Assembly: GCA_041618535.1 (NCBI GenBank)
Contig: JBFKFP010000001.1
Span: 33,146-97,145 of the forward strand
Reading direction: 5' to 3'
Length of the DNA: 64,000 nucleotides
From: Flavobacteriaceae bacterium
Lineage (GTDB): Bacteria; Bacteroidota; Bacteroidia; Flavobacteriales; Flavobacteriaceae
Shown: positions 56,448 through 64,000 of the stretch, in pieces
Layout: every line of letters begins with the position of its first letter
How positions within the stretch are numbered: the stretch's first letter is position 1
Position numbers and translations under genes: made by a program
Notes under the pieces: model-generated
Databases searched by the model: none
Told to the model about the DNA's origin: nothing
What the model saw: the letters and a program-made list of their open reading frames with translations, nothing else

Positions 56448-57596
56448 TCATTCATCAATATCTATCCAAATATTTCCATTGGCATGCGATTCCACAGCCT
56501 TCTCAATAAAGCTCATGCCTCTTACACCGTCTACGACAGTTGGGAATTCACCATGGTCATAGGGTTCTCCCTTGATAGCCCTTGCAACCCCTTTATATAT
56601 ATTCCCCATGGCATCGAAGATCCCTTCAGGATGTCCGGGCGGCAATTTAGTGCCATCCAGGGAGATCTCGCTGTTATAAGAATGTCCCGGTTTTAGAACC
56701 CTTAACGGTTTCCCGTCTTCCATGAGGTAAAGGTAATTGGGGTTCTCCTGTTCCCATTTCAGTCCTGCCCTGTCGCCATACACCTTGACGGTAAAATTAT
56801 TCTCTTCACCAGTGGCGATCTGGCTGGCACAAATGACTCCTTTTACATCATTTTCACATCTCAACAGCACCGTGCCATCTATATCCATTTTATTATCCTC
56901 GTAGAGATAATTCAGATCGGCAAGAACCTTCCTGATCCTGACCCCTGAGACATATTCTAGCATATCAAAGGCATGTGTTCCTATATCACCAATGCAGCAG
57001 CTGATCCCGGATTTCTCCGGATTTAATCGCCAGGTGCTGGCACGTTTCTCCTGGTCATGGATTATAGGGTTTATCCAACCCTGGTAATATTGAGCATCGA
57101 TCTTCTGCACTTTACCGATCTCCCCTTTCGCTATCATCTCCCTCATCTGCCTGATCATTGGATAACCTGTGTAAGTATAGGTCACGGCAAAAATTGCATT
57201 GGCCATCTTCAAGGTATTTTGAAGATCGATGGCCTCATTGTAATTAAGGGTCATGGGTTTCTCACAAATGACATTAAATCCATTCTCAAGAAGTTTTTTA
57301 GCCATGGGATAATGAAGGAAATTTGGCGTTAGCACAGACACTATCTGCATGCGCTGATCTGAAGGCAGTTTTAGCTCTTCGGTCACAAGCTGATCGAGGT
57401 CGGCATAAACGCGGTTGGTAGGAATTCCTATTTTTTCCGCAAAGGCAATGCTCTCATGATGTTGTGGGTTGAACACCCCGCCCACTAAAGCGTATTTATC
57501 GTACATGGCCGAGGCTACACGGTGCAGTATGCCTATCAGTGAATCGCCACCGCCGCCAAGTATACCAAGTCTTATCTTATTACCCATTCGATGCAA
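56448..57596 (-). CDS. Gfo/Idh/MocA-family NAD(P)-dependent oxidoreductase, cytoplasmic
   Basis: 382 aa with an N-terminal Rossmann fold (IRLGILGGGGDS) and the EKP motif (ICEKPMT). Confidence 0.85.
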   Translation of the reverse strand: MHRMGNKIRLGILGGGGDSLIGILHRVASAMYDKYALVGGVFNPQHHESIAFAEKIGIPTNRVYADLDQLVTEELKLPSDQRMQIVSVLTPNFLHYPMAKKLLENGFNVICEKPMTLNYNEAIDLQNTLKMANAIFAVTYTYTGYPMIRQMREMIAKGEIGKVQKIDAQYYQGWINPIIHDQEKRASTWRLNPEKSGISCCIGDIGTHAFDMLEYVSGVRIRKVLADLNYLYEDNKMDIDGTVLLRCENDVKGVICASQIATGEENNFTVKVYGDRAGLKWEQENPNYLYLMEDGKPLRVLKPGHSYNSEISLDGTKLPPGHPEGIFDAMGNIYKGVARAIKGEPYDHGEFPTVVDGVRGMSFIEKAVESHANGNIWIDIDE

Positions 57597-57597
57597 T

Positions 57598-58827
57598 TTA
57601 GGCGTTATACTCTACTTTTTCGTTCTTAAACAGAATTGCAAACAGCAGCAGGACCACCACAGCAAAGATTGCAGGGAATGTCCATATATCCTGCCATGCA
57701 TGCAGGTTTTCTGAAACCAGGTTCTTATCAGCGATCTTTCCGGCCACCCAAAAACCAATAAGCATACCTACGCCATAAGTGGCCAAGGTAATAAGTCCCT
57801 GTGCAGCGCTTTTAACTTTTTCCCCTGCCTTAGAATCGGTATAGATCTGGCCGGAAACAAAGAAAAAGTCATAGCAAATACCGTGCAGTGCTATTCCGAT
57901 GACAAGCATAAAGAAGAGATCGCCGGCATTCCCGAACGCGAATAGCAAATACCGGATTCCCCATGCGAGCATACCAAATAAAATAGTCTTTTTGAACCCA
58001 TACCTCTTAAAGAAAAACGGCAGCAAAAGCATAAAGCCGACTTCCGAAATCTGTCCTAGTGATGCCCAGGCTGTTGAATTCTCCACCTGCAATTCGGTAA
58101 GAAAAGGACTGATATTCTGATAGTAGAATGCCAGAGGAATACAAATCAGAACTGACGATATAAAGAATACCAGGAAATTCTTATCCTTTAACAGTCCCAG
58201 GGCCTCAAGGCCCAGGATATCGGACAGGCTGGCACTCTCGCCCTTGGTTTTGCTCGGGGGTGTTTTAGGAAGTGTAAAACTAAACACTCCCAGAATTGCG
58301 GAGGCTATGGCCACCATAAAAAATGTGTTCGATAACATTCCCTGAGCAATATTTTCCATAGAATCCCATTTGAAAGCGAAACTGATCAACAGGCCGGCAA
58401 CAATCCATCCAATGGTTCCAAATACGCGCACAACTGGGAACTCCTTGGCGGGATCGCTCATCTGGTTAAATGAGACCGAATTTACCAGGGCCAATGTTGG
58501 CATATACAGGATCATGTATCCCAAAACATAGGGATAAAAGCCCGCAAAGTCCGAAACTTGCGACATCTGGTACATCAGCACTGCTCCAACCAGGTGCAGA
58601 AAACCTAAAATACGCTCCGCATTGAAATACCGGTCTGCGATGAGCCCAATGATAAAAGGCGCTATTATTGCTCCCCAGGACTGGGTGGAATAGGCCATTG
58701 CGGTCTCACCGCCTGTGGCGCTCAGGTTGTTACCCAGGTATGCTCCCATGGTCACAAACCATCCGCCCCATATGAAGAATTCAAGGAACATCATAAGGGA
58801 CAGCTGAAATTGCACAGATCTTTTCAT
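57598..58827 (-). CDS. MFS transporter, nucleoside:H+ symporter (NHS)-like family
   Basis: 409 aa with about 12 TM segments. The N-terminus (QLSLMMFLEFFIWGGWFVTMG) is typical of the NupG/XapB-like family. Confidence 0.7.
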   Translation of the reverse strand: MKRSVQFQLSLMMFLEFFIWGGWFVTMGAYLGNNLSATGGETAMAYSTQSWGAIIAPFIIGLIADRYFNAERILGFLHLVGAVLMYQMSQVSDFAGFYPYVLGYMILYMPTLALVNSVSFNQMSDPAKEFPVVRVFGTIGWIVAGLLISFAFKWDSMENIAQGMLSNTFFMVAIASAILGVFSFTLPKTPPSKTKGESASLSDILGLEALGLLKDKNFLVFFISSVLICIPLAFYYQNISPFLTELQVENSTAWASLGQISEVGFMLLLPFFFKRYGFKKTILFGMLAWGIRYLLFAFGNAGDLFFMLVIGIALHGICYDFFFVSGQIYTDSKAGEKVKSAAQGLITLATYGVGMLIGFWVAGKIADKNLVSENLHAWQDIWTFPAIFAVVVLLLFAILFKNEKVEYNA

Positions 58828-58845
58828 CTAATATAATTGAGTTAG

Positions 58846-59841
58846 TTAGTCTAATTTCTTTGCGGCGCTGATCAAAAGGTCACGGGTTGCGATCAGTCCA
58901 TCTTCCTCGCTTAATCTATCTCCTTCGTATTCCACACCTATGTAACCGCTATAACCGGCCTCTTTCACAATATCAAGCATTCTTAGATAATCTATAGTGG
59001 TTTCGTTACCGTCGGAATCAAAATCATAGGACTTCGCACTCACAGCCTTGGCACTCGGCATCATGAGTTCGATACCTTCATATTTATCTGGGTATGTTTC
59101 TTCACATTCACCCCAATCTTCTCCGTCTTTACGCTTTACGCACCAATTCCCGAAATCCGGAAGGGTTCCGCAATTATCCATATCGACCGTCCTGATAGCT
59201 TCCATAAGTATTGGAGGAACGGATGACAGCCAGCCATGGTTTTCACATAGAACATCGATATTTTTTGTGGCTGCGTATTCAGAAAGTTTTTTCAACCCAT
59301 CTACAACGGTCAATTTCCATATCTCAGGATCATTTGTTCCAAAGGTATTGACCCTTATGGCATGACAACCAAGCTCCGCGGCCGCATCCACCCATTTTTT
59401 GTGATTCTCTACCGCCAGGTTTCGTGCATCTTCATCCGGATCGGCGAGATCCCCTTCATCATCAACCATGATCAGGACATTTCGAATACCTGCAGCCTCG
59501 CTTTCCTGCTTAAGTCGTGCGATGATCTGTCGCAATCCTTCTTCCTTATCTTCATATTTCCCTAGTTCACCACTGTATAATTGAGATACATACTCCACAC
59601 CTTCAAATTCCCAGGACTTAGCCAATTTAGCAAAGTCAAAAGGACTTACTTCCCCATTTTCAATCATTCTGTGAATCGACCACTGCGCCAATGATAATTT
59701 AAAGAAAGGTTCTTTGGTCATCTCCAGTTCAGCTGTAACGTCTTTAACTTCATTTTTTTGTTCCTGCTTACAAGATACTAGAATGATCAACAGGAAAATT
59801 GAGAGTATCTTAAACTTTTTTGAATAATTGTGAATTTTCAT
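58846..59841 (-). CDS. Exported (lipoprotein) xylose-isomerase-like TIM-barrel protein
   Basis: 331 aa with the lipobox ILVSC. Barrel motifs (CHAIRVNTFG, LCENHG, GYIGVEYEG). Confidence 0.7.
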   Translation of the reverse strand: MKIHNYSKKFKILSIFLLIILVSCKQEQKNEVKDVTAELEMTKEPFFKLSLAQWSIHRMIENGEVSPFDFAKLAKSWEFEGVEYVSQLYSGELGKYEDKEEGLRQIIARLKQESEAAGIRNVLIMVDDEGDLADPDEDARNLAVENHKKWVDAAAELGCHAIRVNTFGTNDPEIWKLTVVDGLKKLSEYAATKNIDVLCENHGWLSSVPPILMEAIRTVDMDNCGTLPDFGNWCVKRKDGEDWGECEETYPDKYEGIELMMPSAKAVSAKSYDFDSDGNETTIDYLRMLDIVKEAGYSGYIGVEYEGDRLSEEDGLIATRDLLISAAKKLD

Positions 59842-59965
59842 GGCTTAAAAGTAAGGAATCATATAAAATTTTAAGAAGGGAAATTAAAATTTTACGGATA
59901 AGATAATTACTTTAGTGGGCAATGTGAATAATTTTATCAAAACCTCACTTTCTAAAACGCATTGA

Positions 59966-61693
59966 ATGAATAACTCAAAGGTCAACCTCATTCAGGAGGA
60001 GTATGATGCCATTGTTGTCGGGACCGGGATTTCCGGTGGCTGGGCAGCCAAAGAACTATGTGAAAATGGTTTAAAAACCCTGGTGCTGGAACGCGGACGA
60101 ATGGTTAAACATATAGAAGATTATCCAACCGCAAACCTCGATCCCTGGGACATGCCTAACGGGGGAGCTCCCAGCCGAAAAACGAAGGAGCGCAAATTCA
60201 AACAACACCGCACTGGATATACAACAGATGAACGCTGCCAGCATTTCTTTGTTGATGATATCACACATCCCTACAACGAAGATCGCCGCTTCGATTGGAT
60301 GCGAGGCTACCAGGTGGGGGGTCGATCCCTGGTTTGGGGCCGCCAGAGTTACAGATTGGGCGATATAGATTTTACAGCAAACAAACGGGATGGGATTGCT
60401 GTTGACTGGCCGGTCAGATATGCCGACATAAAACCCTGGTACGACCTTGTTGAAGAATTCATCGGGGTAAGCGGTGAAAATCTAGGATTAAATGAGATCC
60501 TTCCGGATGGAAAATTTCTCAAACCCATGAACTTGAATTGCGTTGAGGAAAAACTCAAAACCACCATTGCTAATGAATATGATGACGGCCGTGTCCTGAC
60601 AATAGGCAGAACAGCTCATATTACTGAAGGCACTAAACCCGGTCTGGGAAGGAGTACCTGCCAATACAGGAACAGGTGCATGAGAGGCTGTCCGTATGGT
60701 GCATATTTCAGCAGTAATTCATCAACATTGCCTACGGCTGATGCAACGGGAAACATGACCCTGAGGCCGAATTCTATCGTATACGAGGTGGTTTACGACG
60801 ACAGCAAGAAACGGGCAACAGGTGTCCGGATCATCGATGCTGAGACCAAAGAAAAAATAGAGTATAAGGCCAAGATTATTTTCCTCTGTGCTTCCGCAAT
60901 TGCTTCAACTTCAATTTTACTTCAGTCTAAATCGGACAGGTTTCCAAACGGACTAGGCAATGATAGTGGAGAATTGGGACATAATATTATGGACCACCAT
61001 TTTCATGTTGGAGCCTCTGCAATTGCTGAAGGATTTGAAGACCGGATTAACAAGGGACGCAGAGCAAATGGCATTTATATTCCACGATTCAGAAATGTTG
61101 GCGGGAAAACCGACCAGAAGAACTTTATAAGAGGTTACGGATACCAGGGCGGTGCCACCAGAGGGAGCACAAGCCAACTTGTAGCTGAAATGCGTTATGG
61201 AGAAGACCTGAAAGAAGCTATCCTGAAGCCTGGTCAGTGGAGAATCAGTCTTTCCGGATTCGGTGAGGCTCTTCCAAATCACAATAACCGCATGTATCTC
61301 GATTATGAAAAGCTGGATGAATGGGGATTACCGACGGTGACCTTTGACGCGGCATTCGGTGAAAATGAAGATAAAATGAGGATTGATATGAGAAACCAGG
61401 CGGTGGAAATGCTCAACAAAGCAGGCTTTAAAAATGTAGTGGGGCATGATGATCGTAAAAAATATGCCATGGGTCTGGGTATCCATGAAATGGGAACAGC
61501 ACGAATGGGGCATGATCCTAAAACTTCGGTTCTTAACAAGTGGAATCAGATACATGCCTGCCCGAATGTATATGTAACAGACGGTTCTTTTATGACCTCG
61601 GCCGGCTGCCAAAACCCGTCTCTTACCTATATGGCATTCACAGCCAGGGCCGCCAACCATGCCGCCGGGGAATTCAAAAAAAAGAACATCTAA
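59966..61693 (+). CDS. GMC-family FAD-dependent oxidoreductase (no signal peptide)
   Basis: 575 aa with an FAD ADP-binding fold (YDAIVVGTGISGG) and the C-terminal GMC catalytic region (HEMGTARMG, NVYVTDGS). Confidence 0.85.
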   Translation: MNNSKVNLIQEEYDAIVVGTGISGGWAAKELCENGLKTLVLERGRMVKHIEDYPTANLDPWDMPNGGAPSRKTKERKFKQHRTGYTTDERCQHFFVDDITHPYNEDRRFDWMRGYQVGGRSLVWGRQSYRLGDIDFTANKRDGIAVDWPVRYADIKPWYDLVEEFIGVSGENLGLNEILPDGKFLKPMNLNCVEEKLKTTIANEYDDGRVLTIGRTAHITEGTKPGLGRSTCQYRNRCMRGCPYGAYFSSNSSTLPTADATGNMTLRPNSIVYEVVYDDSKKRATGVRIIDAETKEKIEYKAKIIFLCASAIASTSILLQSKSDRFPNGLGNDSGELGHNIMDHHFHVGASAIAEGFEDRINKGRRANGIYIPRFRNVGGKTDQKNFIRGYGYQGGATRGSTSQLVAEMRYGEDLKEAILKPGQWRISLSGFGEALPNHNNRMYLDYEKLDEWGLPTVTFDAAFGENEDKMRIDMRNQAVEMLNKAGFKNVVGHDDRKKYAMGLGIHEMGTARMGHDPKTSVLNKWNQIHACPNVYVTDGSFMTSAGCQNPSLTYMAFTARAANHAAGEFKKKNI

Positions 61694-61706
61694 ATAATCA
61701 TCAGTA

Positions 61707-62315
61707 ATGAAAAGAAGAGAAGCACTAAGAAATATAGGACTTACCACGGGATTTGTAATCGCCTCTCCGGGCCTGATCAGCTTACTGCAAAGCTGTAAAT
61801 CTGATATCGATCAATGGGCTCCCACTTTTCTTTCTGTTGAGGAGGGGATGGTCCTGACCCGGTTGGTCGATATCATCCTGCCCAAAACCGATTTACCTTC
61901 CGCCTCAGAGGTGAATGTCCCCCAGTTTATAGACAAGTATCTCGCAGAGGTACTGGAAGACGACGAGCAAGCAATGGCTAAAGAAGCCTTTGGGAATGTC
62001 ATAAATATCATCAAATCTGACTATAACGAAAAAATCGAAAAGGTCACGGATGAAGACTACAAGGACCTGTTAGATAAACATATGCTTATCAGGGGGCAGG
62101 ATGATGAGGAGAGAATGGCCAATCCTAAATCTGAGAAACCCACGAAATCGGAGTTCCTGAACCAGATAAAATGGATGACAGTCAATGCATATAAGACCAC
62201 CGAAGAAATCGGTGAAAATGTTCTGGCCTATGATCCCGTCCCGGCTGCTGACTATTGTGGTGATCTTGACGAACTGACTGGTGGGAAATCATGGTCTTTG
62301 CCGTCAGTATGGTAA
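61707..62315 (+). CDS. Gluconate 2-dehydrogenase subunit-3-like small protein with Tat signal / lipobox
   Basis: 202 aa. The N-terminus MKRREALRNIGLTTGFVIASPGLISLLQSC contains a twin arginine, an h-region and a Cys. It starts 14 nt after the GMC gene. Confidence 0.7.
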   Translation: MKRREALRNIGLTTGFVIASPGLISLLQSCKSDIDQWAPTFLSVEEGMVLTRLVDIILPKTDLPSASEVNVPQFIDKYLAEVLEDDEQAMAKEAFGNVINIIKSDYNEKIEKVTDEDYKDLLDKHMLIRGQDDEERMANPKSEKPTKSEFLNQIKWMTVNAYKTTEEIGENVLAYDPVPAADYCGDLDELTGGKSWSLPSVW

Positions 62316-63097
62316 ACCGTTCAGCTGTTTATACACTTATTGCCGCTCTGGCTCTTATATCATTGTCTTGTAAAGATTCAGGAAATCGTAATGAAAAAAT
62401 AGAGAAATGGGTTGAACTCTTTGATGGAGAGACACTCGATGGATGGCATCCGAAAGTAAGGGGCTATTCACTCAATGACAATCCGTTTAACACATTTAGA
62501 GTTGTTGATGGAGCCCTGAGGGTTTCTTATGACGATTACAAGAGTTTTGACAACCGGTTCGGACACATCTTTTTCAAAAATCCATATTCAGATTACCGGC
62601 TGAAACTTGAATACCGCTTTATCGGTGATCAGGCCCCGGGCGGAGAGAGTTGGGCTACCAAAAACAGTGGCATCATGATCCACTGTCAATCACCGGAAAG
62701 CATGACTCTGGATCAGTCCTTTCCCGTATCACTGGAGGTACAGCTATTGGGAGGAATCGAGAAGGGCGTTGCGCGACCTACAGCTAATTTATGCACCCCT
62801 GGCACTCACGTAAATATGGATGGTGTGCTCGTTACACAACACTGCATCAATTCCAGCTCCGATACCTTTTATGGGGATGAGTGGATAGAAGCGGAAGTAT
62901 TGGTTCTTAACGATTCTCTGATCAAACACTTCATCAACGGGGAAGAGGTCATCTCTTACACAGCACCCGTTATAGGCGGGGAATACAATACGCTTGAAAG
63001 TCGGAGCGGAGAAAAGCTTTCTTCCGGCTATATCTCTCTTCAGAGTGAAAGCCATCCCATTGAATTCAGAAAAATTCGCTTACTCGAACTAAAGTAA
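62309..63097 (+). CDS. DUF1080 (3-keto-disaccharide hydrolase-like) lipoprotein
   Basis: Lipobox ISLSC, with LFDGETLDGW and ISLQSESHPIEFRKIRL. The Met at 62309 is preferred over the track start at 62291. Confidence 0.75.
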   Translation: MVNRSAVYTLIAALALISLSCKDSGNRNEKIEKWVELFDGETLDGWHPKVRGYSLNDNPFNTFRVVDGALRVSYDDYKSFDNRFGHIFFKNPYSDYRLKLEYRFIGDQAPGGESWATKNSGIMIHCQSPESMTLDQSFPVSLEVQLLGGIEKGVARPTANLCTPGTHVNMDGVLVTQHCINSSSDTFYGDEWIEAEVLVLNDSLIKHFINGEEVISYTAPVIGGEYNTLESRSGEKLSSGYISLQSESHPIEFRKIRLLELK

Positions 63098-63105
63098 TAA
63101 CTGGG

Positions 63106-63645
63106 CTACTCAACGATAAATTTTCCACTCATCATGGCATAATGCGCCGGGAAACTACAGATAAAATCGTATTCACCTGGCTCAGAAGGAGCTGTGAACT
63201 CGATAGAGGTGGTTTCTCCTCCTCCGATCATTTTGGTATTTACCAAGACCGCATCCGTATCTTGAGGGATATAGCCGTTATCTCTTTCCGTTGCAGCTTT
63301 CGCAGCAAATTCCTCAACATTGACCCCTTGATTCAGGATGACCACATTGTGCCCCATAACGTTGACATCAAGCTTTCCGATATGACGCAGGGTTAACTTC
63401 ACCTTCTGTCCGGATTTAACACGCAATTCCTTTTTATTAAACTGCATGAGATCATTCCCGGTGATGACAAGGTTTGCCATTTCACTCTCAGAAGGTTTTG
63501 GGGTATCGGCCTTCTTTTCGATCTTTATAGACTTCTTTTCTTCTTCCTTCTTCTCTTCCCCGCCACAGGAAACCAGAGAAAGAGCAAAGAAGAAAACAAA
63601 TAAAATTTTGAGAACTTTCATAGTGTTTATTTTTTGAGTCCCCAA
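63106..63645 (-). CDS. Azurin-like type-1 copper protein (lipoprotein with K/E-rich tether)
   Basis: It aligns by eye to Pseudomonas azurin. VMGHN supplies the Gly/His ligands, and CSFPAHYAMM supplies Cys, His and Met with azurin spacing. Lipobox LVSC. The true start is probably the Met at 63621. Confidence 0.85.
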   Translation of the reverse strand: MGTQKINTMKVLKILFVFFFALSLVSCGGEEKKEEEKKSIKIEKKADTPKPSESEMANLVITGNDLMQFNKKELRVKSGQKVKLTLRHIGKLDVNVMGHNVVILNQGVNVEEFAAKAATERDNGYIPQDTDAVLVNTKMIGGGETTSIEFTAPSEPGEYDFICSFPAHYAMMSGKFIVE

Positions 63646-63667
63646 GATACTAACAATTCTGAAGAAA

Positions 63668-64000
63668 TTAAATCAAAAAATCGAAGAGATCGGGTTTGTC
63701 ATTGAGATAATCACCGAAGAAATGATGAAGCTTCATCTTTGTGATCAAAGGTTCAAGATCATCGGCAGATTTCAGTTCGATCCCGACCACTGCAGCACCG
63801 TTCTCGCGATTGGTTTTCTTGGTGTATTCAAAATGGGTGATATCATCGTCAGGACCAAGGATTTCAGCAACAAATTCCTTCAATGCTCCGGCTCTCTGTG
63901 GGAATTTTACAATAAAATAGTGCTTTAAATTGGCATAAAGTAAGGCCCGTTCCTTGATCTCGGCGGTTCTCGTGATATCGTTATTGCTTCCACTTATGAT
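63668..64000 (-). CDS. ilvA: Threonine ammonia-lyase (biosynthetic), C-terminal part; 5' end beyond window
   Basis: The frame is open to the window edge. The sequence ..SGSNNDITRTAEIKERALLYANLKHYFIVKFPQRAGALKEF.. is typical of the IlvA catalytic/regulatory-domain junction and ACT-like tail. Confidence 0.8.
   Translation of the reverse strand: MISGSNNDITRTAEIKERALLYANLKHYFIVKFPQRAGALKEFVAEILGPDDDITHFEYTKKTNRENGAAVVGIELKSADDLEPLITKMKLHHFFGDYLNDKPDLFDFLI

Noticed and set aside
59842-59965. Repeated TAAAATTTTA motifs in the divergent promoter region of the DUF1080/GMC cluster. A similar ATAAAATTTTACG occurs upstream of the arg leader at about 53204. These were considered as a shared operator.
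   Set aside because: The motif is short, AT-only and self-complementary in AT-rich intergenic DNA, and it overlaps what would be expected for Bacteroidota -7-like promoter elements. It is not distinguishable from chance without genome-wide statistics.
1-64000. Searched by eye for CRISPR repeats, tRNA/rRNA/tmRNA-like sequences, transposase/integrase/phage genes, toxin-antitoxin pairs or defence-system signatures.
   Set aside because: None were found. Every ORF over 100 aa that is not an antisense shadow is accounted for. All intergenic regions are under 460 nt, and the larger ones are explained by leaders, terminators and promoters.

Overview
This is a chromosomal segment from a Flavobacteriia-type Bacteroidota genome. 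That assignment rests on gliding-motility genes gldA/gldB/gldC, lipoprotein-rich exported proteins and little use of Shine-Dalgarno sequences. About 62 protein genes are tightly packed. I found no rRNA, tRNA, CRISPR array, transposase, integrase or phage gene. The layout is as follows. (1) 0-4 kb holds the cell-shape operon mreC-mreD-mrdA-rodA. (2) 4-22 kb holds housekeeping genes: gldBC, nadE, dnaG, an ECF sigma module, ispB-like, rlmN, queA, aroA, mazG-like, dtd and rsgA. (3) 22.7-52.9 kb is a run of four amino-acid biosynthesis operons. These are aromatic (pheA-aminotransferase-tyrA-DAHP synthase/chorismate mutase), methionine (metY-metX-metZ-split metH-metF), leucine (leuABCD order leuA-C-D-B) and arginine (GNAT-argG-argC-proC-argD-argF'-argB-argE'-argH). 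(4) 53.3-63.6 kb is the only accessory-looking region. It is a divergent 9-gene cluster plus an azurin gene, containing three DUF1080 lipoproteins, two xylose-isomerase-like TIM barrels, a Gfo/Idh/MocA dehydrogenase, an NHS-type MFS permease and a GMC flavoprotein with a Tat-signal partner. I read it as an uncharacterised oxidative (3-keto-glycoside or cyclitol type) catabolic system. Elements missing from the ORF track include an 18-codon Phe/Tyr/Trp-rich leader peptide with a terminator in front of pheA. They also include a SAM-I riboswitch with a terminator in front of the met operon, and a 450-nt arg leader with Arg-codon mini-ORFs. All functional calls come from reading motifs by eye; no database search was run.
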